Below the pieces are notes generated by a model. It was not told where the DNA came from, did not search any database, and saw nothing but the letters and a program-made list of their open reading frames with translations. Positions 56,914-64,000 of a stretch of DNA of 64,000 bases are shown here, in pieces (position 1 is the stretch's first letter; every line of letters starts with the position of its first letter). The DNA is from a virus: positions 1-64,000 of IMG/VR virus record IMGVR_UViG_3300031576_000019. One strand, given 5' to 3'. The translations under genes and the position numbers were made by a program.

Positions 56914-57320
56914 TAAGGTCCTTTCAATAGAACATGCAAGCGTTGCAAGATGCCAGTTTCATAAAACAGGAAGACTACCAAAACCATGCTTGCAATATCC
57001 TGAATTGCCCTGCGCGGATTAGCCTGAAACGCCGCCATCCATGACTTGTGTTGCGGGTTATCCGGCTTCAAGTGGGTCGCCATTAAAGTCTTCAACTCCT
57101 GCACCGACTCCGCCGTGTTCTGAGTCGCCTTGAGAATCGTCACCAGTTCCTTCTGGTGTTGCTCCGTTTCCTCCCGAAGCACCGTCACCGTCTCCAACAG
57201 GCCCGGCCGGCCGTTCCCCTCCAATAGGCGAGCGATCCGCTCCGTCGAGGCTGTCAGCGTTTCCAGATGCGCCTCCATCCGGCCCAGTCGCGGACTGGGC
57301 CGGGGTTTGATTTGTGGCAT
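56913..57320 (-). CDS. Coiled-coil membrane-anchored protein (lysis-region)
   Basis: LEGNGRPGL motif, coiled coil, C-terminal TM. Confidence 0.6.
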   Translation of the reverse strand: MPQIKPRPSPRLGRMEAHLETLTASTERIARLLEGNGRPGLLETVTVLREETEQHQKELVTILKATQNTAESVQELKTLMATHLKPDNPQHKSWMAAFQANPRRAIQDIASMVLVVFLFYETGILQRLHVLLKGP

Positions 57321-57621
57321 GAGCAATGTCCTGTTCTTTCTTTAGCCCCGCCTTGAACTTCTCAGCCCGTAGTCCATCCCGGATGATTTGCAAAATGTCA
57401 ATCACCTCATCAAACGAGATGTTCTGCGACCCAACAATGCGGAACTCCTTGGTCAGCGGTTTGAAGAAAAATCCAAAGAATTTCTCGGTGGACACAATCT
57501 CAAACGCCATCTGCTCAATCGCGGCCAATTGCGTCTCTGGATTATCACTGCCCGTCATCTCGGCCATCCGTTGCGCGAACTGTTGCTTCTGGTTTCCCCG
57601 GTTGCGTGCGCCTTTGCTCAT
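57058..57621 (-). CDS. Hypothetical protein
   Basis: AGGAG RBS behind a consensus promoter; 3' part overlaps the next gene. Confidence 0.55.
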   Translation of the reverse strand: MSKGARNRGNQKQQFAQRMAEMTGSDNPETQLAAIEQMAFEIVSTEKFFGFFFKPLTKEFRIVGSQNISFDEVIDILQIIRDGLRAEKFKAGLKKEQDIAHATNQTPAQSATGPDGGASGNADSLDGADRSPIGGERPAGPVGDGDGASGGNGATPEGTGDDSQGDSEHGGVGAGVEDFNGDPLEAG

Positions 57622-57631
57622 AGTGTCTCCT

Positions 57632-57677
57632 GTGAATAATATTTCACAATTCTACTTTTTTGGGGGGAATTTGTCAA
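57632..57677 (-). promoter_or_regulatory. Consensus sigma70 promoter with downstream operator
   Basis: TTGACA-17nt-TAGAAT-t-GTGAAATATTATTCAC-AGGAG. Confidence 0.8.
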
Positions 57678-59098
57678 CTCAATTTCCGTCGCCGTATATG
57701 TTTCTCCAGCGCCCCCAGGGTGGGGTAGAGCACATGGCGCGCGCGCTTGGAATAGTCCAATTCCAATCCAGCGATAAGAACACCGGTCGCCAGTAGTGAG
57801 TCTACGTCGGGCCGGAAGCCCTCGGTCGGCCCACCAGACAGCGGATTCACAAATTGTGGATCAAGGGCCTTGCTGTTTGCATGCGCGTCAAGGGCTGGGA
57901 TACCATTCGGCCAATTGTTTGGGCCAATGGTTGTCCAAAAGGCTTGATCGCCACCTAAGTCTAGTGAGTTCCCATCCGCTCCTTTGGCAATGGTGTTGTA
58001 GCGCAGGATACCACCTGAGGGGTCAGGTCGTCCCACTGCAACCAGGTCAAAGTCAATGGAATACAGGAAGGGTTCAGTAATAGTGTTGTACTCAATGGTC
58101 ACGTTGGCCCAGGTATTACCGTTGTTGACGTTAGCCGCGCTATGCCAATAGTGAATCCCACGCCCACACTTGGCCAGAATGTTGTTTGAGACAGAAATCT
58201 TATAAAGTGTCCCATCCCCATTGGCCTCATTGGCCATCATCACACCATGCGCGGGTCGAGCATCCCGATAGTAGGTCGTATTGGTAGAGTAGCAATAGTT
58301 GTCCTTGATGGTGACGTAATCCGTCGTCACGCCCTCCTCGCACGGCGCATCAAGATAGAAGCAGGTGCTCCACACATCATGGATGATGTTTCCAAACGCC
58401 GAGCCAGTGCCGTGATAGAAGTTGATGCCCTCACCCCACGACAGGGAAACGTTGTTACCCGTAATTAGCCAGCGCCGCGAAACATGCCCATCTGGCCAGT
58501 TGAAGCATGAGATGACGCTGGCCCAGCCACTTCCACCGAGGGCATTGTTCTCGTTCTCCATTACACAGTTGTAAAGGCGGTTCGAGATAACGGCAATATC
58601 GTCGCCGCTCCCGCCAATAGCCCGCCGTTCGATTTCAAACAGCGTATTATTTGATATGATAATGCAGGCGCAGGATGTAACCGAAATGCCCCGCTCGGTT
58701 GAGTTCTTGAATGTCATTCCGTCCAGGATGCAATAGCTGGCTGACGAGAACCGCACCAGTGAATCGTTGGCCGCCAGCGTTGCCGAAACTCCGTCAATAA
58801 TCACTGGCCCGTCTCCGGCCGCCTTGAAGATAACCCAGGCCGTCACTGTTCCTACCGAGGTAATCGTCTGCATTCCCGAAGGCGTATAAGTCCCGCCATG
58901 CACCAGTATCACCGTCCCCGCCCCCGCCACCTGACTCGCCTTCTGCAAAGTTGCGTATGGCGCGGCCAAGCTGCCGATACCTGTCGTGTCGTTCCCTGTC
59001 CCCACCCCGGGCGGCGGGGATGAAGTTGGAGCGACGTGCAACTCAACGGGTATCGGCAGGCCACCCCCTTCGCCAAACAAAATTAATTGAACTAACAT
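57674..59098 (-). CDS. Right-handed beta-helix (pectin-lyase-like) protein
   Basis: GND...PYATLQKA..GTVILVHGGTY followed by IxNNxI repeats. Confidence 0.8.
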   Translation of the reverse strand: MLVQLILFGEGGGLPIPVELHVAPTSSPPPGVGTGNDTTGIGSLAAPYATLQKASQVAGAGTVILVHGGTYTPSGMQTITSVGTVTAWVIFKAAGDGPVIIDGVSATLAANDSLVRFSSASYCILDGMTFKNSTERGISVTSCACIIISNNTLFEIERRAIGGSGDDIAVISNRLYNCVMENENNALGGSGWASVISCFNWPDGHVSRRWLITGNNVSLSWGEGINFYHGTGSAFGNIIHDVWSTCFYLDAPCEEGVTTDYVTIKDNYCYSTNTTYYRDARPAHGVMMANEANGDGTLYKISVSNNILAKCGRGIHYWHSAANVNNGNTWANVTIEYNTITEPFLYSIDFDLVAVGRPDPSGGILRYNTIAKGADGNSLDLGGDQAFWTTIGPNNWPNGIPALDAHANSKALDPQFVNPLSGGPTEGFRPDVDSLLATGVLIAGLELDYSKRARHVLYPTLGALEKHIRRRKLS

Positions 59099-59113
59099 GG
59101 ATGAATTTCTGGC

Positions 59114-59830
59114 CTATCGCCAGATCGGCCACAACGTTCCCATGTCGGACAACGAAATCGGAATGTCCCACACAGCCACCTGCCCAATAAAGCCATCCCA
59201 GACGCTGTTACTGGCTTGACGACAGCCAAGATTACAGCGCAAGGTGCTCAGACTACCGGTATACGCCGCCGTAATAGCTGCTGTTCCCTCTACTCGACCA
59301 TTGAAAATGGCCTGCATCAGCAAGCGCGAGAAGGACCAAATCATCCCCATCATAAAGGGCGTATCCCAAGAACCCATATTCCCCCGCACCACTTGCGCCG
59401 AACCCGCGCCTCCAACATAGTTCCAATTCACTTGGGCCAAGGCGTCGTCACCTGTCATAAATACACCGTTGTTACTGTCTACTTCAATCCGTAGAAGATT
59501 CTTGGACAGACCACTGCTCCAGACCGCAGTGCTGGAGGGTTTGGCAAAAACAACCGCTGCGCCCTCCTGGCCATTGAATATCGTGTTGAGGGCTGAGGAA
59601 TAGACATTGATCTGACTCGCTGAACCGCCCCCGGCAAACGATGCACAGCGCCGTCCGTCCCCGAGAGTAGGTTGGTCAAGGGTGACAGATGTGGCAACAG
59701 CATCGGCTAGGTGACCGGTGCAATCCTTGATAGCCGTTCCTGCCCGCTCCTCACATACCCAATGTGCAATGCGATGGCCAGGAGCAATAGTCGCAATCCG
59801 GTCATAGAGTTCGTAATTTCTATTGGGCAT
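59114..59830 (-). CDS. LamG/concanavalin-like virion protein
   Basis: AHWVCEE..GT..D; WDGFIGQVAVWD. Confidence 0.65.
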   Translation of the reverse strand: MPNRNYELYDRIATIAPGHRIAHWVCEERAGTAIKDCTGHLADAVATSVTLDQPTLGDGRRCASFAGGGSASQINVYSSALNTIFNGQEGAAVVFAKPSSTAVWSSGLSKNLLRIEVDSNNGVFMTGDDALAQVNWNYVGGAGSAQVVRGNMGSWDTPFMMGMIWSFSRLLMQAIFNGRVEGTAAITAAYTGSLSTLRCNLGCRQASNSVWDGFIGQVAVWDIPISLSDMGTLWPIWR

Positions 59831-60838
59831 TTAGGCTTTGGGTCGCTTGAAGATTAGACGGAACTCAAACACCTCTGCCGAGACGGGCACATAGGCATTT
59901 CGCACCACGAGCAGTCCGTATATGTCTTGCAGACTTCCAGTACACTTGAGGGGAAGACTGAGACCCTGAACGGGGAAGATCACGTTTCCGTCCGCGCCCG
60001 CCGTAGCATCCCCCACATAGTAAGCGTTGAGTGGGATCACCCCAATCAGAGTGGCCAGCTCGGCATCCGTGGGTGTAAACAAGGCGTTGTCATTGTCGGG
60101 TGTCACCGAGGCGTCAAACAGCCAAAGCTCAAATTGGCCCTTGAGTGTTTGGTTTGCGCCGTCAATCAAGATGGCCCCAACAACTTCATTAGATCCGGCC
60201 GGAAGCGGCGTCACACCCGTAAAGGTAATTTTTACTGGCGCACTGGTGCTGTTGGTGACAGCATCTCCCGCCGCATAGGTGGTTGTATTGGCTGGCCGAG
60301 TAAAGCTAGCGTTTACCGAGGGTGTATCACCCTCGTAGATGTAGAGCCGATTGAGAGCATCAAAGATGGGCAGAGTATATTCACCATCAGCCGATGGCAA
60401 CGATGCTGGCACGTCTTTACGGACACCCATAACCGCCACCCCTTTATCAGTTGACGCATGGGCGGAATCCTCCGTGTGCATGATGTCTTCATCACTGGCG
60501 AGTGTGACAGCTAGTGCATTCGCTTTGGTTTTCTGCCCCAGACTGACAGGAAGAAGCGCAATCAGACTGGTAATACGTTGAGCGATGCGTTGCAGGCGCC
60601 CATTAAGGCCGCTGGAAGCTGTGTCGGAAGCTGGAGCCGTTTCAGTCAGTGCGCCCGTGATGGCGCCAATGGCAACATCGGTTACAGTCTTAGCATCATC
60701 CGTGCCCGAAAATTCAACCAGGCCCACTGGCGCAATATGAACACTCGCATCACCCGAATAAGTTACTTGCCGGGTAGCGATCTTGCTCCCGGAGGGTACG
60801 GTTGAGACAGTCGTTTGGGTCGTAAGATTATCAGCCAC
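59831..60838 (-). CDS. Putative virion structural protein
   Basis: Thr/Ala/Ser-rich; TRPANTTTYAAGDAV; EDSAHASTDKG. Confidence 0.6.
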   Translation of the reverse strand: MADNLTTQTTVSTVPSGSKIATRQVTYSGDASVHIAPVGLVEFSGTDDAKTVTDVAIGAITGALTETAPASDTASSGLNGRLQRIAQRITSLIALLPVSLGQKTKANALAVTLASDEDIMHTEDSAHASTDKGVAVMGVRKDVPASLPSADGEYTLPIFDALNRLYIYEGDTPSVNASFTRPANTTTYAAGDAVTNSTSAPVKITFTGVTPLPAGSNEVVGAILIDGANQTLKGQFELWLFDASVTPDNDNALFTPTDAELATLIGVIPLNAYYVGDATAGADGNVIFPVQGLSLPLKCTGSLQDIYGLLVVRNAYVPVSAEVFEFRLIFKRPKA

Positions 60839-60850
60839 AGAACACTTCCT

Positions 60851-61783
60851 TTACACAAATACGGATGCGGACACCCAATAGTCAGGGGTCGCACTAATTT
60901 GAATCCAGCCATCCAGCGTGATACGCGAGATCAGACATTCCCAAGTGACGTTTCGTAGGACATTGATTTCTTTTCCATGCGGCTTGTCACAAACCGGGAA
61001 ATTTTGAAGAATAGGCTTTCGGCGCTTGCCAGACAGGAAGGCCCACTTGGGTGGTAGACCTCCACGCGCATTCATATCAACATTGCCCGCAATCCCAAGC
61101 ACACGCCCGCCAGCTGAATACTGCCAGGTATGCCACTTATTCCATTGGCCAAAGAGACTGGGCCCGATTTCATTGTAGCCCGCTACCCACAGTGGGAAGG
61201 CCGAGAAGTCCTCACCTCCAGTACAGTAGTTCCAAGCCCAGCCATTCGTGTACAAGATAGGTTGAGTGCGCCCGTCCAGCCATTCCTCTAGGTGAAATAG
61301 CGCCAGACCAAGTTCTTTAGTGTATGCGCGTTGGTCAATCGTCTCATAACCCTCACCAACCTTGCGAGGCTCCACATCCCATACCGGAGGCAACTCACCC
61401 CTATCCCCCTCCAAGTTGGAGGAAAACCAGTCGGCTTGGGTGACGCCTTTTGTGCCGGCAATATGATAGTGATACGCCTGTCGGGGGATACCTACTCGTT
61501 TAGCCTCAGCCCAGTTGCGCTTAAATTGGGTGTCCAGGCCCGTAATGCCCAGCGTGGCCCGGATAGCGACAAACGCTGGATTAGCTTGGGCCAGTTTGTC
61601 CCAATCAATCACACCCTGATGCCTTGATACATCCAGGCCAAGTCCTATTCTGGGTGGCAGAACAATCGGGGCAGGCGGCGAAATAATCGGAGGCACCGGA
61701 ACCAGCCTCAGAATGGCATAGCCCTCTTGAAAAGCATCGTAGGGAACATCAATGACGGGAATATCAGGGGGAAAGTCAGGCAT
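60851..61783 (-). CDS. GH25 endolysin (muramidase)
   Basis: GLDVSRHQG.IDW, AYHY, WDVE, LWVAGY, WQYS, VDMN; start reset to ATG 61783 behind AAGGAG. Confidence 0.9.
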   Translation of the reverse strand: MPDFPPDIPVIDVPYDAFQEGYAILRLVPVPPIISPPAPIVLPPRIGLGLDVSRHQGVIDWDKLAQANPAFVAIRATLGITGLDTQFKRNWAEAKRVGIPRQAYHYHIAGTKGVTQADWFSSNLEGDRGELPPVWDVEPRKVGEGYETIDQRAYTKELGLALFHLEEWLDGRTQPILYTNGWAWNYCTGGEDFSAFPLWVAGYNEIGPSLFGQWNKWHTWQYSAGGRVLGIAGNVDMNARGGLPPKWAFLSGKRRKPILQNFPVCDKPHGKEINVLRNVTWECLISRITLDGWIQISATPDYWVSASVFV

Positions 61784-61836
61784 CAGTTTATCTCCTTGTG
61801 AACAATTATTCATATAATAGGGCAAAAAGAAAGGGT

Positions 61837-64000
61837 CTACCCCACCACGCTCAACTCAACCGCACTAACCTGCGCCGTGCCAGCAAAGGTGTCCCCCGCC
61901 ACATTACCATCCCGAAAGAGACGGAATCCAACCGCATCACCTTCGGAGAAACTTGAAAGTGACATCGTGCCACTATTAGTTCCTACCCGGTTGACCACAC
62001 CCGGGCCAGAGACAAATAGATTTACAGAAGCAGTCGCCGAGCCTGGCAAGTCTGTTCCGCTCACGAGCCGCCGCACCTCGCCCACAAAGTTGCACTGTCC
62101 AGTATCGGTGGTAGATGGCGACCACCATATCTTAACTGTCAGCGTGCGACCTGACCAACCACGCGGTAGAGAAATGTTCCAGTCTGTGATTGAATCCAAC
62201 CCATTGTCTAAATATTGGATGAAACCATTGTTTGAGAATGAACCAAGAGTAACGCCTACTCCCAGATGCGCCGCCGAGTGGATCAGCCCAACACGCGGCT
62301 GTCCGAGCGGCACCGTCCTGGACGCATCGTTAATGAAATAAGGCCAGGACTGAGTTGAATCAGCAAACAGGCGAACGTAGTTGGCTGGTGGGCTTGCTGG
62401 AGCTGCGATTTCCCGAAAGTCTATGACTCCTTCGGGAACGGTTGTTGTAGGCGCAGTGCCTACGACTAGGCCAGCGCCTGTAAGAGTCAGGTAGTTAACA
62501 TCCGCTCCAGCACCCGCCGAATCGCAATGGAGCACAAGCGAGACAGGGGTTGCGCCGCCACTATAGGAAGCGAGTAGCTCAAGCAGGCCTTTTCCACTGT
62601 TAGCCGATGTTTCGCCAGCAGACTGAATCTGTAGAGACGAAACGGGCCGACCTGACGACATAGGGCCGTGTAGAAGTTGACCGGCATAAGTGGCGACGCC
62701 CGCCGAAGAACTGTGGGTCTGTAGGAAGGTCTTGGTCACCCCACCTAGAGTGTCGACAAACCTAAGCGCCTTAGCGTCTTCGTAAGCTAAATTGCCAACC
62801 AGGATTTCCAAACCTGTGTTGCCAATTCGAATACTATCCCCACCAGCGATAATGTAACCAGAAGTATCAATATAAGCCTGTGTAGTCGTCCCACCCCGGA
62901 AGTTGAACCTCCCCAAACTCTGGTCCCAGAATAGATTGGCTTTGCTGGCCGAGTTATCCCCAATCAAAATATCGCCCGCCGCAAAGACCGAGGCTTCTCC
63001 ATTGTAGGTTTGTGCGTTGTTGAAGATCACTAGAGCGGTAGAGGACGGGGTGGCAATATCTCGGCCAATGAACACATCGCCATCCGCTTGAAGGTCAATT
63101 GCGACGGTCGTTCCCGTCCTAAGTCTAAGTCCCAAAGGGGTAATCTTTAGATTTGGCTTGGCGGATGTGTTATCTCCAATCAGAACATCTCCAGAACTCA
63201 TGCTCTCGGAATTGTAGGTCTGGGCTATATTGAAAATGGCCAGATTGGTAGTCGCCGGTGCGCTTACATCCCTGCCTACCAGAATATCACCATTAGCCCT
63301 CCACTGCCCAATGCGTGTACCAGCACCATTAAGGATACGTAGGCCATTGATTACATCTACTGTCAGGCTGGTCTTTCCTGTGCCATATTCACCCAGACCA
63401 ATGCCATAAGTATCAGAAACGTAATCGTATGAACCATTTAGATTTCCCAGCCGCGCGCGCAAGGCCTGAATTGCCCAGGGCGCTCCTAAGTGTGTCACCA
63501 TACTTAGATTAGGGGCCGCTCCAATTGCGCCATCCGCTGACTGCGATATCACCCCCGCACCCGACTGACCATAGTTCACTATGGCGACACCCTTGCGGAA
63601 GGTATAGTTCGTGCCAATAGCGGGTGACCGCTTAGCTATGCCGAGCCTCCAGTAAGTCGTTTGGTCTACCTTGCCGACCACTAATCCCCAAAATGCGCCC
63701 GTTGCCGGGTCCTTGATGTACACCACATCCCCCACTGTCCACAACGCTCCGGCTGTCGCATGGGTGATCCCATCTGGGTCAGTCACGTCTACATTGACAG
63801 CCGACAGGTCCCACGGCCAAGCCTTGCCACTCCCAGAGTTATAAAGAACGGTGTACTCTGCGTCACCTAAAGCCCGTCGCCAGACCGACACTTCATCAAT
63901 CCGCCCATTCATATAGGCCGACCCATTGGTACGCCCAATCTCAAATGCCTTAGTGCTGTCCTGAGCCCCTACCGTATGCGCGGTGGCGTCTGCGAGGCCA
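61837..64000 (-). CDS. Tail fibre / large tail protein (5' end outside the window)
   Basis: Begins in a LamG-like domain (GRIDEVSVWRRAL); internal repeats GDILVGRD..IFN.AQTYN; frame open to the window edge. Confidence 0.7.
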   Translation of the reverse strand, partial: GLADATAHTVGAQDSTKAFEIGRTNGSAYMNGRIDEVSVWRRALGDAEYTVLYNSGSGKAWPWDLSAVNVDVTDPDGITHATAGALWTVGDVVYIKDPATGAFWGLVVGKVDQTTYWRLGIAKRSPAIGTNYTFRKGVAIVNYGQSGAGVISQSADGAIGAAPNLSMVTHLGAPWAIQALRARLGNLNGSYDYVSDTYGIGLGEYGTGKTSLTVDVINGLRILNGAGTRIGQWRANGDILVGRDVSAPATTNLAIFNIAQTYNSESMSSGDVLIGDNTSAKPNLKITPLGLRLRTGTTVAIDLQADGDVFIGRDIATPSSTALVIFNNAQTYNGEASVFAAGDILIGDNSASKANLFWDQSLGRFNFRGGTTTQAYIDTSGYIIAGGDSIRIGNTGLEILVGNLAYEDAKALRFVDTLGGVTKTFLQTHSSSAGVATYAGQLLHGPMSSGRPVSSLQIQSAGETSANSGKGLLELLASYSGGATPVSLVLHCDSAGAGADVNYLTLTGAGLVVGTAPTTTVPEGVIDFREIAAPASPPANYVRLFADSTQSWPYFINDASRTVPLGQPRVGLIHSAAHLGVGVTLGSFSNNGFIQYLDNGLDSITDWNISLPRGWSGRTLTVKIWWSPSTTDTGQCNFVGEVRRLVSGTDLPGSATASVNLFVSGPGVVNRVGTNSGTMSLSSFSEGDAVGFRLFRDGNVAGDTFAGTAQVSAVELSVVG

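Larger units (their letters stand above)
6173..61422. repeat. Dispersed 15-bp palindrome CCTCCAA[C/G]TTGGAGG
   Basis: Exact copies start at 8473, 13372, 15247, 15648, 16182, 19382, 21969, 23140, 25445, 26117, 28820, 31105, 35108, 40957, 42211, 44849, 47106, 54815, 61408; variants at 6173, 11354, 33174, 43209, 51125. Confidence 0.95.
6932..61813. promoter_or_regulatory. Dispersed operator GTGAA-N6-TTCAC
   Basis: Starts at 6932, 8120, 15699, 20031, 22690, 35617, 41581, 43243, 47075, 49749, 57632, 61798; degenerate at 16907, 31930, 41198. Confidence 0.85.

Noticed and set aside
57058-57320. Nested spanin pair suggested by a 263-nt gene overlap
   Set aside because: No lipobox; the overlap reads as low-information alternate-frame run-on
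6173-61422. CRISPR array or MITE/REP explanation for the palindrome
   Set aside because: Copies are kilobases apart, only 15 bp, in frame within genes, with no spacers, cas genes, target-site duplications or transposase
6932-61813. Operator as a CRP/FNR, Rex or parS site
   Set aside because: Spacing is TGTGA-N8-TCACA rather than the CRP/FNR N6 spacing, the core has N6 where Rex has GTGAA-N4-TTCAC, and it does not match parS TGTTTCACGTGAAACA

Overview
A 64-kb segment of a large temperate tailed-phage or prophage genome; a Chloroflexota/Anaerolineae-like host is inferred only from protein style (TPT-rich linkers, SH3/GH-like proteins). Layout: minus-strand late genes with terminase at 1-8.1 kb; a G-tract divergence point at ~8.3 kb; a long plus-strand early/middle arm at 8.8-53 kb (many tiny ORFs, RNase H, sigma-like protein, macrodomain, two SSBs, tmRNA, tRNA-Ala, FGE-type protein, MTase-SNF2 helicase, RadC, Dcm, LexA-like HTH, RecU-like, initiator/DnaB/primase, AAA ATPase); then a minus-strand serine integrase, holin, phosphoesterase, tail genes and GH25 endolysin. 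No portal or capsid gene was recognised. The most unusual signal is non-coding: (1) a hammerhead and two permuted twister ribozyme candidates punctuating the tiny early genes, interleaved with a repeated hairpin+TTTTGATTC leader; (2) about 24 copies of the palindrome CCTCCAA[C/G]TTGGAGG, many inside genes; (3) about 10 strand-polarised TTGCTTCGCA sites; (4) about 12 GTGAA-N6-TTCAC operators at promoters plus a LexA-DBD-only protein; (5) a tmRNA with a 30-aa tag, tRNA-like remnants and large unexplained structured RNAs. Several small genes carry nonsense or frameshift lesions. All motif counts, folds and protein calls were made by eye; no searches were run.
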